Below are positions 1 to 14,621 of a DNA stretch of 64,000 nt, piece by piece. A model generated the notes under the pieces. That model had not been told where the DNA came from and searched no databases. It was given only the letters and a program-made list of their open reading frames with translations. Position 1 is the first letter of the stretch. Every line of letters begins with the position of its first letter. A program made the position numbers and the translations under genes. The DNA comes from Octopus vulgaris (lineage: Eukaryota): the NCBI GenBank assembly GCA_951406725.2, contig OX597828.1:76012001-76076000 (forward strand), given 5' to 3'.

Positions 1-280
1 ACTGAAAGCAATACCTCTGCCTTAGCGAAGGCGGAGGTAATACGCACAATGCAAAAAGTGCTGAGTAATCCTTCAGCTTAAAGTTAATTTTATATATAAC
101 GTGACACACACATAAACGCACACACACACACACACACTCTCGCTTTCTCTTTCTATCTCACACACACACAACCATCCACCTCCATATTTATTTAGTAATA
201 GATTGATTCGGTTCCATGCAGCTTAAAATTTCGTAGGCTCATCTATCGAACCCATCCCGCCTCGCTTAGAGACAGAAAAA

Positions 281-293
281 TAGATAGATAGAC

Positions 294-355
<62 letters not shown>

Positions 356-410
356 GCAGAGACAGATAGATATATAGATAGATAGATTGATAGACAGACA
401 GACAGATAGT

Positions 411-455
<45 letters not shown>

Positions 456-540
456 CGATAAATAGAATAATAGATAGATGGAGAGATAGATAGATAGATA
501 GATAGATCGATAGATAGATAGATAAATAGATAGGTAGATA
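281..540. repeat. (GATA)n microsatellite with GACA interruptions
   Basis: Directly visible; explains the YLSI-repeat ORF 223..591. Confidence 0.95.
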
Positions 541-1193
541 GGGCGATGAATAGATTTGTATGTGTGTATTTAGTGGTAGTGACAACATCACACTGTTTTG
601 TTCTTAGTTAAGGAATAGAAACCAGTCAAATTATCGAACATAACTAACCGCAGGATATTTCATTTAAGAACAAACTCTATGAACGAATCAAACAAACACA
701 GATATCCACAAAATTGGATTATATTGTGTGAAATCTAAATACTTTAATTATATCAAATTTGTTTTGCACAAATACAGCCTACCTCACTAATATATATCGT
801 TGTTGTGGATGAGTACGTAGTTGTGGGTTTTAAATATTTACAAATTTTTGCTTTCTTTGCGTCTATATTGTTGTCTTTTCGTTTGCTTGTTTATTTTAGT
901 TTTGTTTTGTTGTATCTTGTGGTGTTTGCTTATAATTATTTATTTCATATTCCTTCTAAAATCCCTAAGGTGCTATCTGAGAATGCTAGCGATTGATTAA
1001 ACAATGATTGTGTTTATCTATGTGTGTGCGTATACATTTATTTGTGTATGCACGTACATACATACCTACATACACACTCACAGATATATATGTACATACA
1101 TACTCACAACACATAAATTTATACAAAAGTATACAAACATACATGCTCATATATATATATAAATATATATGCTCATATAGAGAGACACACATG

Positions 1194-1239
<46 letters not shown>

Positions 1240-2140
1240 AACACGCATATATATAGCTGTGACTGTGGTATCATGTGTGTGTTTGTGAAGTTATGTGTGT
1301 TTCTATGTATACCTCCAAACATGTATATGCTTTTCTACGTATATGCATATCGCAGCTATATATGCGCGTAAAGTTGCTATATTGATGCATGTGTATACGA
1401 ACACACACATACGTATATACACATATGTATATATATGCATTTATATATATATACAGGGGTTGAGATCATATTCATATGTACATGCGCATCTGCATATACA
1501 TTCACTTTATATACACAGACATCAATTCATCTACAAATACCGCTACGTATTGATTGTGCTGACAATTACGCCTTAATCCACGCACCATTTTGGATACATG
1601 GAAACTAAATATTTTTTGTTGAAATGTTATTCGTTTATATATATATGTTTCTGTCTTATTTTCTAATTTTATTGTTAAACCTTGTAAAATATTTAAATTT
1701 CTGCTTGTCTTTAAATCTTACTTTTTTTAAACCTTTTTTATTCTGTAATTTTCTTTGGAATAATTGGATACTTTGCTCATTACCAAATGAATCAGATATT
1801 AAGAAGGAAATTGGTATTTTTACGATATACAGTCTTACCATTTTATTAGCATTATCGCCCTCAACCAAAAAGGTATTATTTTAGACACGCTGTTGTCTTA
1901 TCCAATATGAATGTAACATTAGGATTTGCAATATTCTATGTATTTCTATATTACAAATGCTATAATATTATTTCTTCCTTAGTAGATGGAATAAGGAGAA
2001 TCCAGCTCTGTGTTAGGTAGGTATATTTTTCTATCGTCTCGGCTTAACATCCCTCACCGTTTGTTTTTACTGTTTTGTTCTCACTGCTCTGTTCTTGTTA
2101 CAACTTTCACCGTCCACAAAAATCCCAAATTTTATTTAAT

Positions 2141-2316
2141 TTGCTTTCACGCGGAGTAGACGGAACAGGGACAACTGAAGAAGGGGAATATTCTTCATGT
2201 TGCATGTCTCGTTTTTCTGTTTGTTTTTTTCGTTGTTCCAAACAAAGTTCGTTTCTATGTTTTTGTTTTTGTTTTCGTTTCTCATTGTGTTCAACGTTTT
2301 TTTTTTATGTCCTGTA

Positions 2317-2320
<4 letters not shown>
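2141..2320 (+). mobile_element. Partial copy of the TA-associated repeat also at 20118-20310; only the stem I-CUGAAGA block of the permuted HHR remains
   Basis: gggacaa-ctgaaga-aggggaata followed by about 130 bp similar to the reverse complement of 20118-20250 (…gttttcgtttctc..tgtgttc..cgttt…gtcctgtac), then (TA)n. Confidence 0.6.
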
Positions 2321-2358
<38 letters not shown>

Positions 2359-2378
2359 TATTTTCATAAAGCTTTCCG

Positions 2379-2422
<44 letters not shown>

Positions 2423-2599
2423 GTATGTACATATATGTATGTATATGTGCATATGTTTATATCTTATTTATATTATTATATATATATATACATGCTTGTA
2501 TATATATTTATATATACATGCCTATATGTATGAATGTATACGTATTCATAACTGTTATGTATCATTTCGGTAACTTCTATCTTCTATAACTCGTACTTC

Positions 2600-2940
2600 T
2601 ACTTTATAAGCCTAACAAAATTCCTGGTTTATATACCACATTATTACTGGATATCTCTCATTACTACTTTAAATCCCCCAGCTTTCGCATTGCTAATCGC
2701 GTTTCATATTTCGCATTGCTAATCCGTATTCCACTTGTACTTCATATCTCTCATCGCTTCGTTATATCCCTCGTTTCTGCATTCAATTGTCGACAGCTAC
2801 TTTATATTTCTCTTTGCTACTTTATATCCGCCATTATTTCTTTATATCTCGCGTTGCTACACTTATTTATGTCATGAACACTTTTTTACTTCAACTTAGC
2901 ATCTTCCATTAATACTTTATATCTTTCATATCGTGAGTTT
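2600..2940. repeat. Degenerate ~20-22 bp minisatellite (ttgctactttatatctc-like)
   Basis: Recurring ctactttata / atatctc / cgcattgcta units. Confidence 0.5.
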
Positions 2941-3654
2941 TAAATCACTGTCAATGATTAGTTCTGTAATTGCATAACTTTTAACAACTGAATTCACGTA
3001 CTCCTCCAAGCTAACACTTACGTCATTCATCGCAAATGGCGTCTCAACTATTCAAGAGGGACAGGCCTTGACACCACAACCTCCTATAAATAAATCGAAT
3101 AAGACATTCTACGTGGGCTTTCGACTTGCTAGAAATAGCAGTAAAATATTCTTTAAATCGCAACCTCTGGGAAAGAGATAAATTGAACAATATAAATCAA
3201 ATTAATCAAAATTCTCAGGCACCGAGACAATGAAGATAGTTACTATTACGTCATTTTATCTGTCAGAAACAATAGCAAGATCTCCTTCACGTCTCGACCT
3301 CGAAAAGGACAGATTGAAATTAGAACTGCTACGGTTGAACTTAATACCTTTTGTCTGTCTCTCCCTCTCTAACGCAAAAACTACCTACATATAAACGCAT
3401 AAATATAAGCAGAGGGGAGCGTGTATGTGTGTGTATCAACATCGTATTCTTAATGCGTCTCAGATGTATGAAAATGGAGGCGAAGTACATATACAACGGG
3501 ATGGGTTAAAGCTACATTTGTTGGTCGATTTTTATTGCGCAGTCGCAGCTCAACAGTGAGCCAGCAGACATTTTGATCGGAGGCAGTCCTTCTACTATAC
3601 ACAAAATGTTTTAACAATTTGTTTGACATGATTCCTAATAATATCCCTTTAAAT

Positions 3655-4103
3655 CTTTTATTTGTTTCAGTCATTTGAGTGCGGCCATGCTGGAACACCG
3701 CCTTTAGTTGAACAAATCGGCCTCAGGACTTATTCTTTGTAAGCCTAGTACTTATTCTATCGGTATTTGGCCGAACCGATAAGTGACGGGGGCATAAATA
3801 CACCAGCATCGGCTGTCAAGCTTGGTGGGTGACATTCACAGATACACAAACATCTACACACACTCACACACACACAAACACACACACACATATTTTTTTT
3901 TATTTCAGCTCAGAGCTGCGGCCATGCTGATGCACCGCCGTTAATATATATATATATATATACAACGGGCTTCTTTCAGTTTCCGCCAACCAAATTCACT
4001 CACAAGACTTTGGCCGCCCCGAGTGTATAGCTGAAGGTGTCACGCAGTGGAACCGAACATGGAACCATGTGATTGGGAAGCAAGCCGCTTACCACACAGT
4101 CAC
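3655..4103 (-). mobile_element. SINE family 2 (tRNA-like head, internal TA/TG microsatellite), left palindrome arm
   Basis: Mirror image of 4383-4832. Confidence 0.8.
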
Positions 4104-4382
4104 TACTGGACCGATAATTATAAAATATATTATAGGATTTTTTAAACATCAAATGAGGGTCCATCCATGATAAGATAGAAACCAAAGGGTTCCATAGGCA
4201 AAAGATGGTTGACAACAACTCAGATGAGTTCCATAGGCAAAAAATGGTTGACAACAACTCAGATGAGTTGTTGTCAACCATCTTTTGCCTATGGAACCCT
4301 TTGGTTTCTATCTTATCATGGATGGACCCTCATTCGATGTTTAAAAAATCCTATAATATATTTTATAATTATCGGTCCAGTA

Positions 4383-4832
4383 GTGACTGTGTGGTAAGTG
4401 GCTTGCTTCCCAATCACATGGTTCCATGTTCGGTTCCACTGCGTGACACCTTCAGCTATATACTCGGGGCGGCCAAAGTCTTGTGAGTGAATTTGGTTGG
4501 CGGAAACTGAAAGAAGCCCGTCGTATATATATATATATATATTAACGGCAGTGCATCAGCATGGCCGCAGCTCTGAGCTGAAATAAAAAAAAATATGTGT
4601 GTGTGTGTTTGTGTGTGTGTGAGTGTGTGTAGATGTTTGTGTATCTGTGAATGTCACCCACCAAGCTTGACAGCCGATGCTGGTGTATTTATGCCCCCGT
4701 CACTTATCGGTTCGGCCAAATACCGATAGAATAAGTACTAGGCTTACAAAGAATAAGTCCTGAGGCCGATTTGTTCAACTAAAGGCGGTGTTCCAGCATG
4801 GCCGCACTCAAATGACTGAAACAAATAAAAGA
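4383..4832 (+). mobile_element. SINE family 2, with a short nested 3'-tail insertion at about 4543-4593
   Basis: Head gtgactgtgtggtaagtggcttgcttcccaatcacatggttcc; tail ccagcatggccgcactcaaatgactgaaacaaataaaaga; similar copies at 15162, 29800, 51900. Confidence 0.85.
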
Positions 4833-6095
4833 TTTAAAGGGATATTATTAGGAATCATGTCAAACAAATTGTTAAAACATTTTGTGTATAGTAGAAGGAC
4901 TGCCTCCGATCAAAATGTCTGCTGGCTCACTGTTGAGCTGCGACTGCGCAATAAAAATCGACCAACAAATGTAGCTTTAACCCATCCCGTTGTATATGTA
5001 CTTCGCCTCCATTTTCATACATCTGAGACGCATTAAGAATACGATGTTGATACACACACATACACGCTCCCCTCTGCTTATATTTATGCGTTTATATGTA
5101 GGTAGTTTTTGCGTGAGAGAGGGAGAGACAGACAGACAGAGAGAGGGGGAGAGAGACAGAGAGAGGGAGAGGAATTACGCATATTGAAGAATACGATGTA
5201 CCATTCACAACAATAATTGTCCGTTTCTGGAAAAAAATCACTCATGCACACACGTGCACCTACACACATACATACACATGCATGCTCATACACACACATA
5301 CACACACACACACACACACAAATATACGCTCGCAGGCAGATTTATATCTGTTATACACTCACAAATCACAGATGTTTATCGGTCAAACCACGTATGTGTT
5401 CATACGGAGCAGTGTGTTTACGAACGTATACGTTATATGCATCAAATGTCTTCAACTCACAGGTACAGACACATCCATTCTATTAAACGCAGACACACAG
5501 AGACACACAAAATAACATATACTTATGTTCAAATGTTTCTATATATTTGTGTCAACAGCATGAGTGAGTGTAAAAGTGAAGAGATTGGATGTCTGTACAC
5601 AGACAGGCAGACATATCCACACGCTTATACATTGACAGACGAGCAACCAGATGGATGGTAAGAAAAATGACAAAGAGATGGATGAATAGACAGATGGATG
5701 GTTAGATGACCTGTCAGGCAGCCCACCTAAAAATTAAGCATTTCCCACTGAAAGGGCTCGATAAATAATTAAACATTAATTAGAGCTATGACAATGGAAC
5801 GGAATGTAAAAAATCTCGATTATATCATTCACGACAATTACTTATGTATGTGTGTGTGGGTGTGTGCATGCGTGTGCGTGTATGTGTGTGTGTATGTGTG
5901 AATGTGTGTGTGTGAATGTGCGTATGTGCGTATGTGTGAATGTGTGCTTGTGTATTTGCATGTGTGTGTATATATGTATATATATAAATACACATAAAAT
6001 ACATTTGTATGAATGTACACCTATACAGGCACACACACACAAACACACGCACGCACACGTACACACACACACACACATACACACACACACACGCA

Positions 6096-6140
<45 letters not shown>

Positions 6141-6829
6141 ACAGGATGGTGTGATTCTAATACAGAGCCACAACCACTCTTATGCTTACAGCCACCCTCA
6201 GCCGTTCTCCATTAGCAATAGACACGAAGATTCCATTATCCAAGACACGATGAAGATTTTAATTAAACTGGCCGAAACAACAAGTTACTAAAAACAACAA
6301 CCACAACCACCACAACCACAACAAAAACAACATCTACAACAACAATAATAGTGATAATAATAATCTTACTGGAATTAACCCGCCAGCAGTATTTGTGTTT
6401 GGGAAACCAATCAGCGAGACTGCGACAATTGACATGAATGCATTCGATTGCGTTAACCCTTTGAATACAGACCGTATAACGTGTTTTGAATACATATGTT
6501 GGGTCTTTAATGAATCACTGTTCATTTACATAAACGGGCTTTCTTCAAATGTTATTAATTTCTACACTGAAATAGTGATGGAATGGTAAAATAAATACGC
6601 GGAATATGTAAATTGTTCCCTGATTTCGACAATAAATAATCCAATTTTTCAATCAATTGAACTGACTATTCATTAGGGTTGCCTGAGTGTTCCAAAGATA
6701 TGAGCACTATTCTTAAATTATTTGTGAGCTGAAACGGAATCGGTGCGACGAAGAATGTGACAAGTCTAGACTTTACTATTTCAAGTGCCGCTTATCAGAC
6801 TGGATTCATGTTGAAGACATCAATAACTG

Positions 6830-7150
6830 GCACCCCGTCGGTTGCCATGACAAGGATTCCAGTTGATGCGATCAACGGAACAACCGCTTCCTGAAGTTAA
6901 CGTGCAAGTGGCTGAGCACTCCACAGACACGCGTATCCTTAAAGTTGTTCCATGGGAGCTACACGGAGATTCCACGTTCCACACAATGTGACAAGGCTAG
7001 CTCTTTGGAATACAGGTACTACTTACTTTTGTAAGCTGAAACAACTGAAGCAATGTGAAATAAAGTGTCTTGATCAAGGTAAGACCGCACCGAGGACAAT
7101 CGATCTCATAACTTTATGATCGTGAACAGAATACCGTAACCAATTAGCCA
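6830..7150 (-). mobile_element. SINE family 3 (tRNA-derived head), degenerate
   Basis: gtgaaataaagtgtcttgatcaag block is the reverse complement of cttgagcaaaacactttatttcac at about 13376-13399. Confidence 0.6.
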
Positions 7151-7366
7151 TGACGACAGCAAATATATGATATGAAATCAATGTGATATGATCCAAAGTC
7201 CGATGCTTTAAGGAATGGCTGCCCTTTTGTGAAACGATGGCAGATGCTGGATGTAAGGAAGTGTCCTACAGAAATTAGATGACGTCTGTCAAAAGATATT
7301 ATCTTGTCTGCTGCATGTGGATTGTTAGCAAGACTGTTACGCAACCAATCTATGCACAGCAATATT

Positions 7367-7595
7367 TATTTCTTTATTGCTCATATGGGGCTAAACATAG
7401 AGGGGACAAACAAAGAAAGGCAAGGGATTAAGTCGATTAGATCGACCCCAATGTGTAACTGGTACTCATTTATTCGACCCCGAAAGGATAAAAGGCAAAG
7501 TTGACCTCGGTGGAATTTGAACTGAGAACGTAACGGTAGACGAAATACTCCTAAGCATTTCGCCCGGCGCGCTAACGATTTTGCCAGCTCGCCGC
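7367..7595 (-). mobile_element. SINE family 1 with Tx1-like 3' tail (tail A)
   Basis: Head ggcggcgagctggca; tail ttgtcccctctatgtttagcccc…gcaataaagaaata; flanked by the 7-bp direct repeat caatatt (probable TSD). Confidence 0.85.
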
Positions 7596-7926
7596 CAATA
7601 TTGACCCCAAGATCTTATCACAAGGGAGTGTAAATGATTGGGTAATTTTATCAGGGATTTCATAACAGAAATGGCGAATGTAATGATTGCTACAAACTAG
7701 AATGGTGTTGAAATTATGATCCTTGTATCAGTTTCTGGCAAGTTGATCGCGAAGGGACCTTCAATACCGAAGGTGTGAAGCAGAATGTTGAATTAATTCA
7801 TTCTGAATAACTACGAGAGTCTGTCGCTTGTCATTCCACAAGCAAAACAATACTAACAACAATAACAATAATAACAACAGCATTTATATATGGACCAAAT
7901 ATTCACACAAAGTCACCATCTATACA

Positions 7927-7971
<45 letters not shown>

Positions 7972-8029
7972 TATTACACAGCTGATGAGGCAAGGGATTA
8001 CATCGCCCACCGTATACGAATGGGTTTTA

Positions 8030-8230
8030 TTGTATCGACCATGGATGGTTTGAAGTGTCGAGAGAATTTTGAACAAATTGCTTTGCCATACTTAGGAAAA
8101 AATTGCAAGACGGATTCTTCAAGACGAGTCAACGAGCAGAATATCAAGGGATTCAATAAGAACAAGATGGTCGGATAATATCCATAGCTTTCTTCCAAGC
8201 CATACATGAAAAAACAGCCAGAAATCAAAT
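8030..8230 (+). pseudogene. Decayed RTE-type LINE C-terminal remnant
   Basis: Frameshifted translation resembles ILQG.V.G.RSRG…TRWSDNI, typical of RTE ORF ends. Confidence 0.45.
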
Positions 8231-8633
8231 GACAATTGCTTCTTATAGGACCTTATGTATGTAATTACTATCACGACCCTCCAAACAATAGTGGGCGGAG
8301 AAGCTGGATGGAAGGATCTTCACACATTCTCAGTTCAAATACCACTTAAGTCAAATTTAAGTTTCTCCATTCTCCACCCGGTAACGTACACTTACACTGT
8401 TGCCACTCGTATTTAAACCAATCTAGGTCTCAAAGGAAATATAACAGTAAATTCAATGGAAATTTAACAAGAAAATAAGTTATACATCACACTTGGCTGG
8501 CTGATAAAATAATGGATCTATCAAGCAGTGAAGGTTGATTTTAAATTTCTATAAAGCATTCGACTAAATTTAAGATTAAAATTTACCTTTCGTCTTACAT
8601 GGCTTCATAAAATAAAGTCCCTGTCATAGACTG

Positions 8634-8762
8634 GAGATGGATTTTTGCCTAGAAAACATGGGACTTGAATTATTATTGAAGGTTAATAAAAGGTGTCCAT
8701 TGAGATGGATTTTTGCCTAGAAAACATGGGACTTGAATTATTATTGAAGGTTAATAAAAGGT
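8634..8762. repeat. Perfect 61-bp tandem duplication with 7-nt spacer gtccatt
   Basis: 8634-8694 is identical to 8702-8762. Confidence 0.9.
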
Positions 8763-9096
8763 AGCCTTGTACTCAAAACGAATATGCTAAAGAATATTGG
8801 CTCTTAAAACTGTAATTTCTTTTAAACTATAGTTGTTACAAAAACAAGACGATAGCAATGAGAACAACAACAATTCCATGTCAGTCCTAAGCACATCTCC
8901 ATAAATGTTGGAGGAAGTGTAGATGACAGTACACATTCTGCTTAACTGTATTTTATGAAAGTTGGAAGCATAAATGTTGCTTTGGCTGGATGAGGTCATC
9001 CAATGCAAAGAGATGAAACGAAAACTGCAGACATAGACAAAATGCGTAAGGAAATAGAGGGCGTCCCCGTCTTCTCCATGGATACTTATGTAAGGT

Positions 9097-9988
9097 ATGT
9101 TTCTTTATTGGCCACACAGGGCTGAACATAGAGGGGACAAAATACAAAGTAGAGCTTTTCTTTTTGGGAAGAGAAGAAGAAAACAAAAAAAAAAACAAGT
9201 GGGGATAGAAATTCGATCAAAAGTATAAAAAAAAGGGCTGATCAATAGGGATCGTGTATTATAGAAATGTCATAATGTAAAAAGGGGAAACAGATTGGGA
9301 TTATCTGCGGAAACAAAAGCCGACAGAAAACACCACGGTAACCTCGGGCAATAATTTCATGCAAAAAAAAACATATTACAGTAAGTGACTATTTTTTCCT
9401 TTCGTTGTTTTGGTTCATAGGATTATGCTCAAGCTAGCTCCATCATTCACACCTGCCATCCTTACTACATTCACCCAACTTTTTATGAAACATTCTCTAG
9501 ACAAAACTCTCCTCTCTGCTCTCACCTTCCTCTACAAGTGATACTTCAAGAAATTGACGAGAGATTGACCAGAGAGGAAAGTTTTCTCTCTAGACCTTTC
9601 ATACATGTCCACCATACACATTATTTCGCCATAGCCACAATACGATGAAAAATGGCTCTTCCTTCCCGTTTCAAGTAGGCGCGAGATTATTCACGATAGA
9701 CTCGGCTGATAAACCGACTCATCCCACACGCGATAGCAGTCGTTCGACATATGCCCACAGGTCGTAAATGGTTGAACACTGTACGAGTGCGTGTAGAACG
9801 GTTTCGTCGATCTGACCGCATCTCGGGCTGGTCGGCCCCATGTTTCTCGAATAATGCCTATAGCGCTTCGCGATAGCACTGCCAGGCCAGGGATCTCTGG
9901 AAGTTGTTCATAGGTCCCGGCCCGAAAGTCGTCTTGAATAGGCGGGTCAGGTACAGGCGGATCTTGAACAGGCGGGTCAGATTCGCCC
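9097..9988 (-). mobile_element. 5'-truncated L1/Tx1-type LINE (zf-RVT region + 3' UTR) with 12-bp TSD
   Basis: Minus strand QRSLAWQCYREAL…SPRCGQIDETVLHALVQC; similar to 59391-60420; TSD cttatgtaaggt at 9085-9096 and 9989-10000. Confidence 0.88.
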
Positions 9989-10349
9989 CTTATGTAAGGT
10001 GGAACACAATGCTATCTTAACTCAAATTAAAAAAAGGTGGAGAATAAATATAGCAAGATATTTCATGCAAACATTCTACAGAGGTGGGGGTCACTTCTGC
10101 CCTTCAAAACATCTTTAGTAAAACATCAACAACAATGGTGATATCACGATGCGTTGCACAACGTACTAAAAATAAACACTTTATTTGCATGATATCGCAA
10201 CCATAAAAGTTAAAACAAACATACATTCGATAGAGCAGACCTAGATTTACATAAAGCGGAGACAAAATTATCACAGCTGCTCTTTCGATGACCGGAGACC
10301 TTGGGTTAAACAACAATACCTCTAGCACAACAAGAACAATAATAATGCA

Positions 10350-10758
10350 TGCTACATTGTGCAGGAGGTTTGGAATTTTGGGGCTGGTGGGGCTACGTTG
10401 ATTACATCAACCTCAGCACCCAACTGGTACTTTTTTATTGACCCCCATCGAAAGGACAAAAGGCAAAGTCGACCTCAGCGGAATTTGAACTCACAACATA
10501 AAGACGGACCAAATTTCGCAAAATATTCTATCGACTCACCACCTCAGAAGTTACTAATAAGGAGGATTTCAAAGTTTGGCACAGGGCCAGCAAGTTCAAA
10601 GAAGCTGCTGGTCAATAAAATCGACCCCAGTGCTCAACAGGTACTTATTTTATCGACCTAGAAGATATGAAAGGCAATGTCGACTTTAGCAGTATTTGAA
10701 CTCAGAAAGTAGCGAAAGACGAAACGTCTCGAAGCATTTCAGCCGATGCGCTAACGCC
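10350..10758 (-). mobile_element. Two degenerate tandem SINE family 1 copies abutting an (AAT)n array
   Basis: Two …aaaggcaaagtcgac…tttgaactca cores. Confidence 0.7.
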
Positions 10759-11725
<967 letters not shown>

Positions 11726-11733
11726 TAATAATG

Positions 11734-11770
<37 letters not shown>

Positions 11771-11792
11771 TAAAGATAATAATAATAATAAA

Positions 11793-12004
11793 CGTTTTAC
11801 TGAAAGCAAGGGGCCTGAAATTTTAGGGGGGGAGGAAAGGCGATTATTTCGATCCCAGTGTATAACTGGTACTTTAGTTATCAACGCGGAAATGATGGAA
11901 GGTAAAGTCGACTTCGGCGGAATTTGATCTCAGATCGTAAAGACGGACGAAATGCCGCTAAGTATTTCGTCCGGCGGGATAACGATTCTGCTAGCTCGCC
12001 AGCT
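11793..12004 (-). mobile_element. SINE family 1 with tail B, between AAT arrays
   Basis: Head ggcgagctagcagaatcgtt and tail aatttcaggcc… ending in (ATT)n on the SINE strand. Confidence 0.8.
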
Positions 12005-12019
12005 TAAAATGTCAATAAA

Positions 12020-12069
<50 letters not shown>

Positions 12070-12076
12070 CAACAAC

Positions 12077-12107
<31 letters not shown>

Positions 12108-12565
12108 GTGATAAAATAACGAAGAGAAAAACGTTAGCACAACAAAAGATGGAGGCAAAGTATGAGATGGAATAAAATGAAAAATGTAAAAAGAAGGAAG
12201 AGATATAAAAAAATATATGGAAGCCCAGCGGGAATATAAAGTCATTTCGGTGGAAATGTTGGTGAACAGTAGCAATGTGTTTTAGTTCAAGTTGCGTTTA
12301 TTAGATTTCCAGATGTTTGTTTCTATTGTTCGACATGTAATGGGTTTCTAATTGGATGACAGCAGAGGATGTATATAGGATTAGACACAGAGGAGGAGTG
12401 TGGACAAGTTACAGTGTTTGGGAACTATGCTTTCATATATGTGTGTGCGTATGGGTGTGCGTGTTTGTGTGTGTGTGTGTGAATTAATACCACAATACAA
12501 TGATGTAGCTTAGAGGTGATCACAAGAATATGCGCTTAAATATATAAATATATGTGCGTGTGTGC

Positions 12566-12601
<36 letters not shown>

Positions 12602-12728
12602 GTGTTTTTATATTTACTTAAGCCTCCCACTATCTCTTTCTCTCTCTCTCTCTCTCTCTCTTCGTTTCATACAGGGGCCTGATAATACAGAGACATAAAA
12701 CAATATATATGTGTGTGTGTCTCTACAT

Positions 12729-12778
<50 letters not shown>

Positions 12779-13119
12779 GGGGGCGTGTGGGTGTCGGTGT
12801 GTGGGTGTGCGCGGGTGCGTCTGTGTGTTTGTGACCTTGGAGGGATATGTTATCCGGGCGGATGCGGTGTTAGCTTTCAGTTAAGTTCCGGATATAAAGA
12901 GAATTCTAGATAGTCAACGCCCCAACAAGGATTGAAATTGGTTTAGCGGATAACAATAAAGATAATAACCCTCGTTAATAAACTAACAAATATCCTCTCC
13001 AATGTATAGCCTAAATCACGAACAGTTTGTTGTAAACAGCACAGGGTTATAAATACACCCTGCCTACCTCCCACATAACTTACGTTACTCAATTCACTTC
13101 GAGGTTGACCAAATGGATA

Positions 13120-13202
13120 GACCCTGATGAAGCGACACCGATAATAATACAAATTTGCATCAGCTGCCGTGAGTATTCCATGCAGCGAAACACGTGTAGG
13201 TC
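13120..13202 (+). ncRNA. Type I hammerhead ribozyme, Penelope-type minimal stem III
   Basis: Stem I gacc/ggtc; CUGAUGA 13124-13130; GAAAC-acgt-GUA with palindromic acacgtgt; stem II irregular (best hairpin gctgc/gcagc). Confidence 0.75.
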
Positions 13203-13287
13203 ATTATATAATATGTTGTATAAAAGTATACATGAATTTTGTGGATGAACAAGTCCTCATACTCATTACTATTAATTAGTATATTTG

Positions 13288-13575
13288 TGAAAGCGCATGG
13301 CTCAGTGGTTAATGCGTCGGGCTCATAATCATAAGGTAGTGAGTTCGATTCTCGGAGCGGGCTGTGTGTTGTATTCTTGAGCAAAACACTTTATTTCACA
13401 TTGCTCCAGTTCACTCAGCTGTAGAAATGATCTTGCGATGTGTATCAGTATTTGCCTTTCCCTTGGATAACATCGGCGGCGTGGAGATGGGAGGCCGGTG
13501 TGCATGGACGACTGATGGTCTTTCATAAGCAACCTTGCCCAGACTTGTTCCTCGAAGGGTAACTTTCTAGGCACA
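13288..13575 (+). mobile_element. SINE family 3 (tRNA-derived head)
   Basis: A-box tggctcagtgg and B-box gagttcgattc. Confidence 0.75.
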
Positions 13576-13610
13576 TTCATTCTTTTGTAGTCATATTATT
13601 ATTATTATTC

Positions 13611-13696
<86 letters not shown>

Positions 13697-13699
13697 GTG

Positions 13700-13740
<41 letters not shown>

Positions 13741-13744
<4 letters not shown>

Positions 13745-14125
13745 GTTATCGCCATACTAATATGGCAGTCTATAAATAAGACTAAAGCTGTCGCTGATTA
13801 GCTCCAAGAGGCCATCGCCTCAAGCTAGCTATATGACACACGAACCTGCGTCCATTACAACCTTCGAACAGGGGAGTTCAGCCGCTTCGCCTTGCTAGTC
13901 AGACATCTGCAGACATGTTTCAGGGTTGTTGCCCTGTTCGAAGGTTGTAATGGACGCAAGTTGTTGATTCATATAGCTAGCTAGAGGCGATGGCTTCTCG
14001 GAGCTAATCAGCGACAGCTTTAGTCTTATTCATAGACTGCCATATTAATATGGCGATAAATATTAATATCCAGTAACGCTGCCGTAATCTCCTTTAGAGA
14101 GACTTAGTAATTTTAATATTTCTAA
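13741..14125. mobile_element. Fold-back element in (TA)n: ~133-bp inverted arms 13741-13873 and 13932-14064
   Basis: Arms are reverse-complementary; minus strand across the right arm and spacer carries an HHR-like 3' half aggg…ccct-GAAAC-at-GUC. Confidence 0.8.
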
Positions 14126-14146
14126 GATATATATATATATATATAT

Positions 14147-14621
14147 GAACAAGAAGGGTAGTAATATTATTTACTACCAGGTGCCCAGCACAAAAGACGA
14201 ATTAGTCATAAGACGAAAATATTATTCATATAGAAAAATATTAATCATGTGGTTATACAATTAAAGGCTCCTAAATAAAGATGCCAAGTGCTGGGAACAC
14301 AAAAAGGGGATGAATTTATCGAGAGTGAAAATCAAAAACATTTACCGATAATTTAAACAACTCGTACCGCGGTTTCTGCTTCTTTCTAGCAAAACACAGA
14401 ATATGTTTGCTAAGGCTGGCTTCATCAGCGAGTCGCCTGAATTTAATCGAGGTCCGCAGCGATGTGGGGCTATATGTTAAACCCAACTACTAGCAGATCT
14501 TAACTTTTCAAATCTCTGCGCAGACGCAAAATTTACACGGGCATGCCGGGAAGAATTTTACGAATTCATCCCCTTTTTGTGTTCCCAGCACTTGGCATCT
14601 TTATTTAGGAGCCTTTAATTG

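Larger units (their letters stand above)
3352..5134. repeat. 1.78-kb palindrome: arms 3352-4222 and 4264-5134, with a 39-bp direct duplication at the apex
   Basis: Arms are reverse complements with about 6 substitutions by eye; mirror ORFs 3450..3698(-) and 4788..5036(+) translate identically. Confidence 0.97.

Noticed and set aside
13288-13370. tRNA gene (also 21985-22050, 24870-24960)
   Set aside because: A/B-box-like motifs without a full cloverleaf; best explained as SINE heads.
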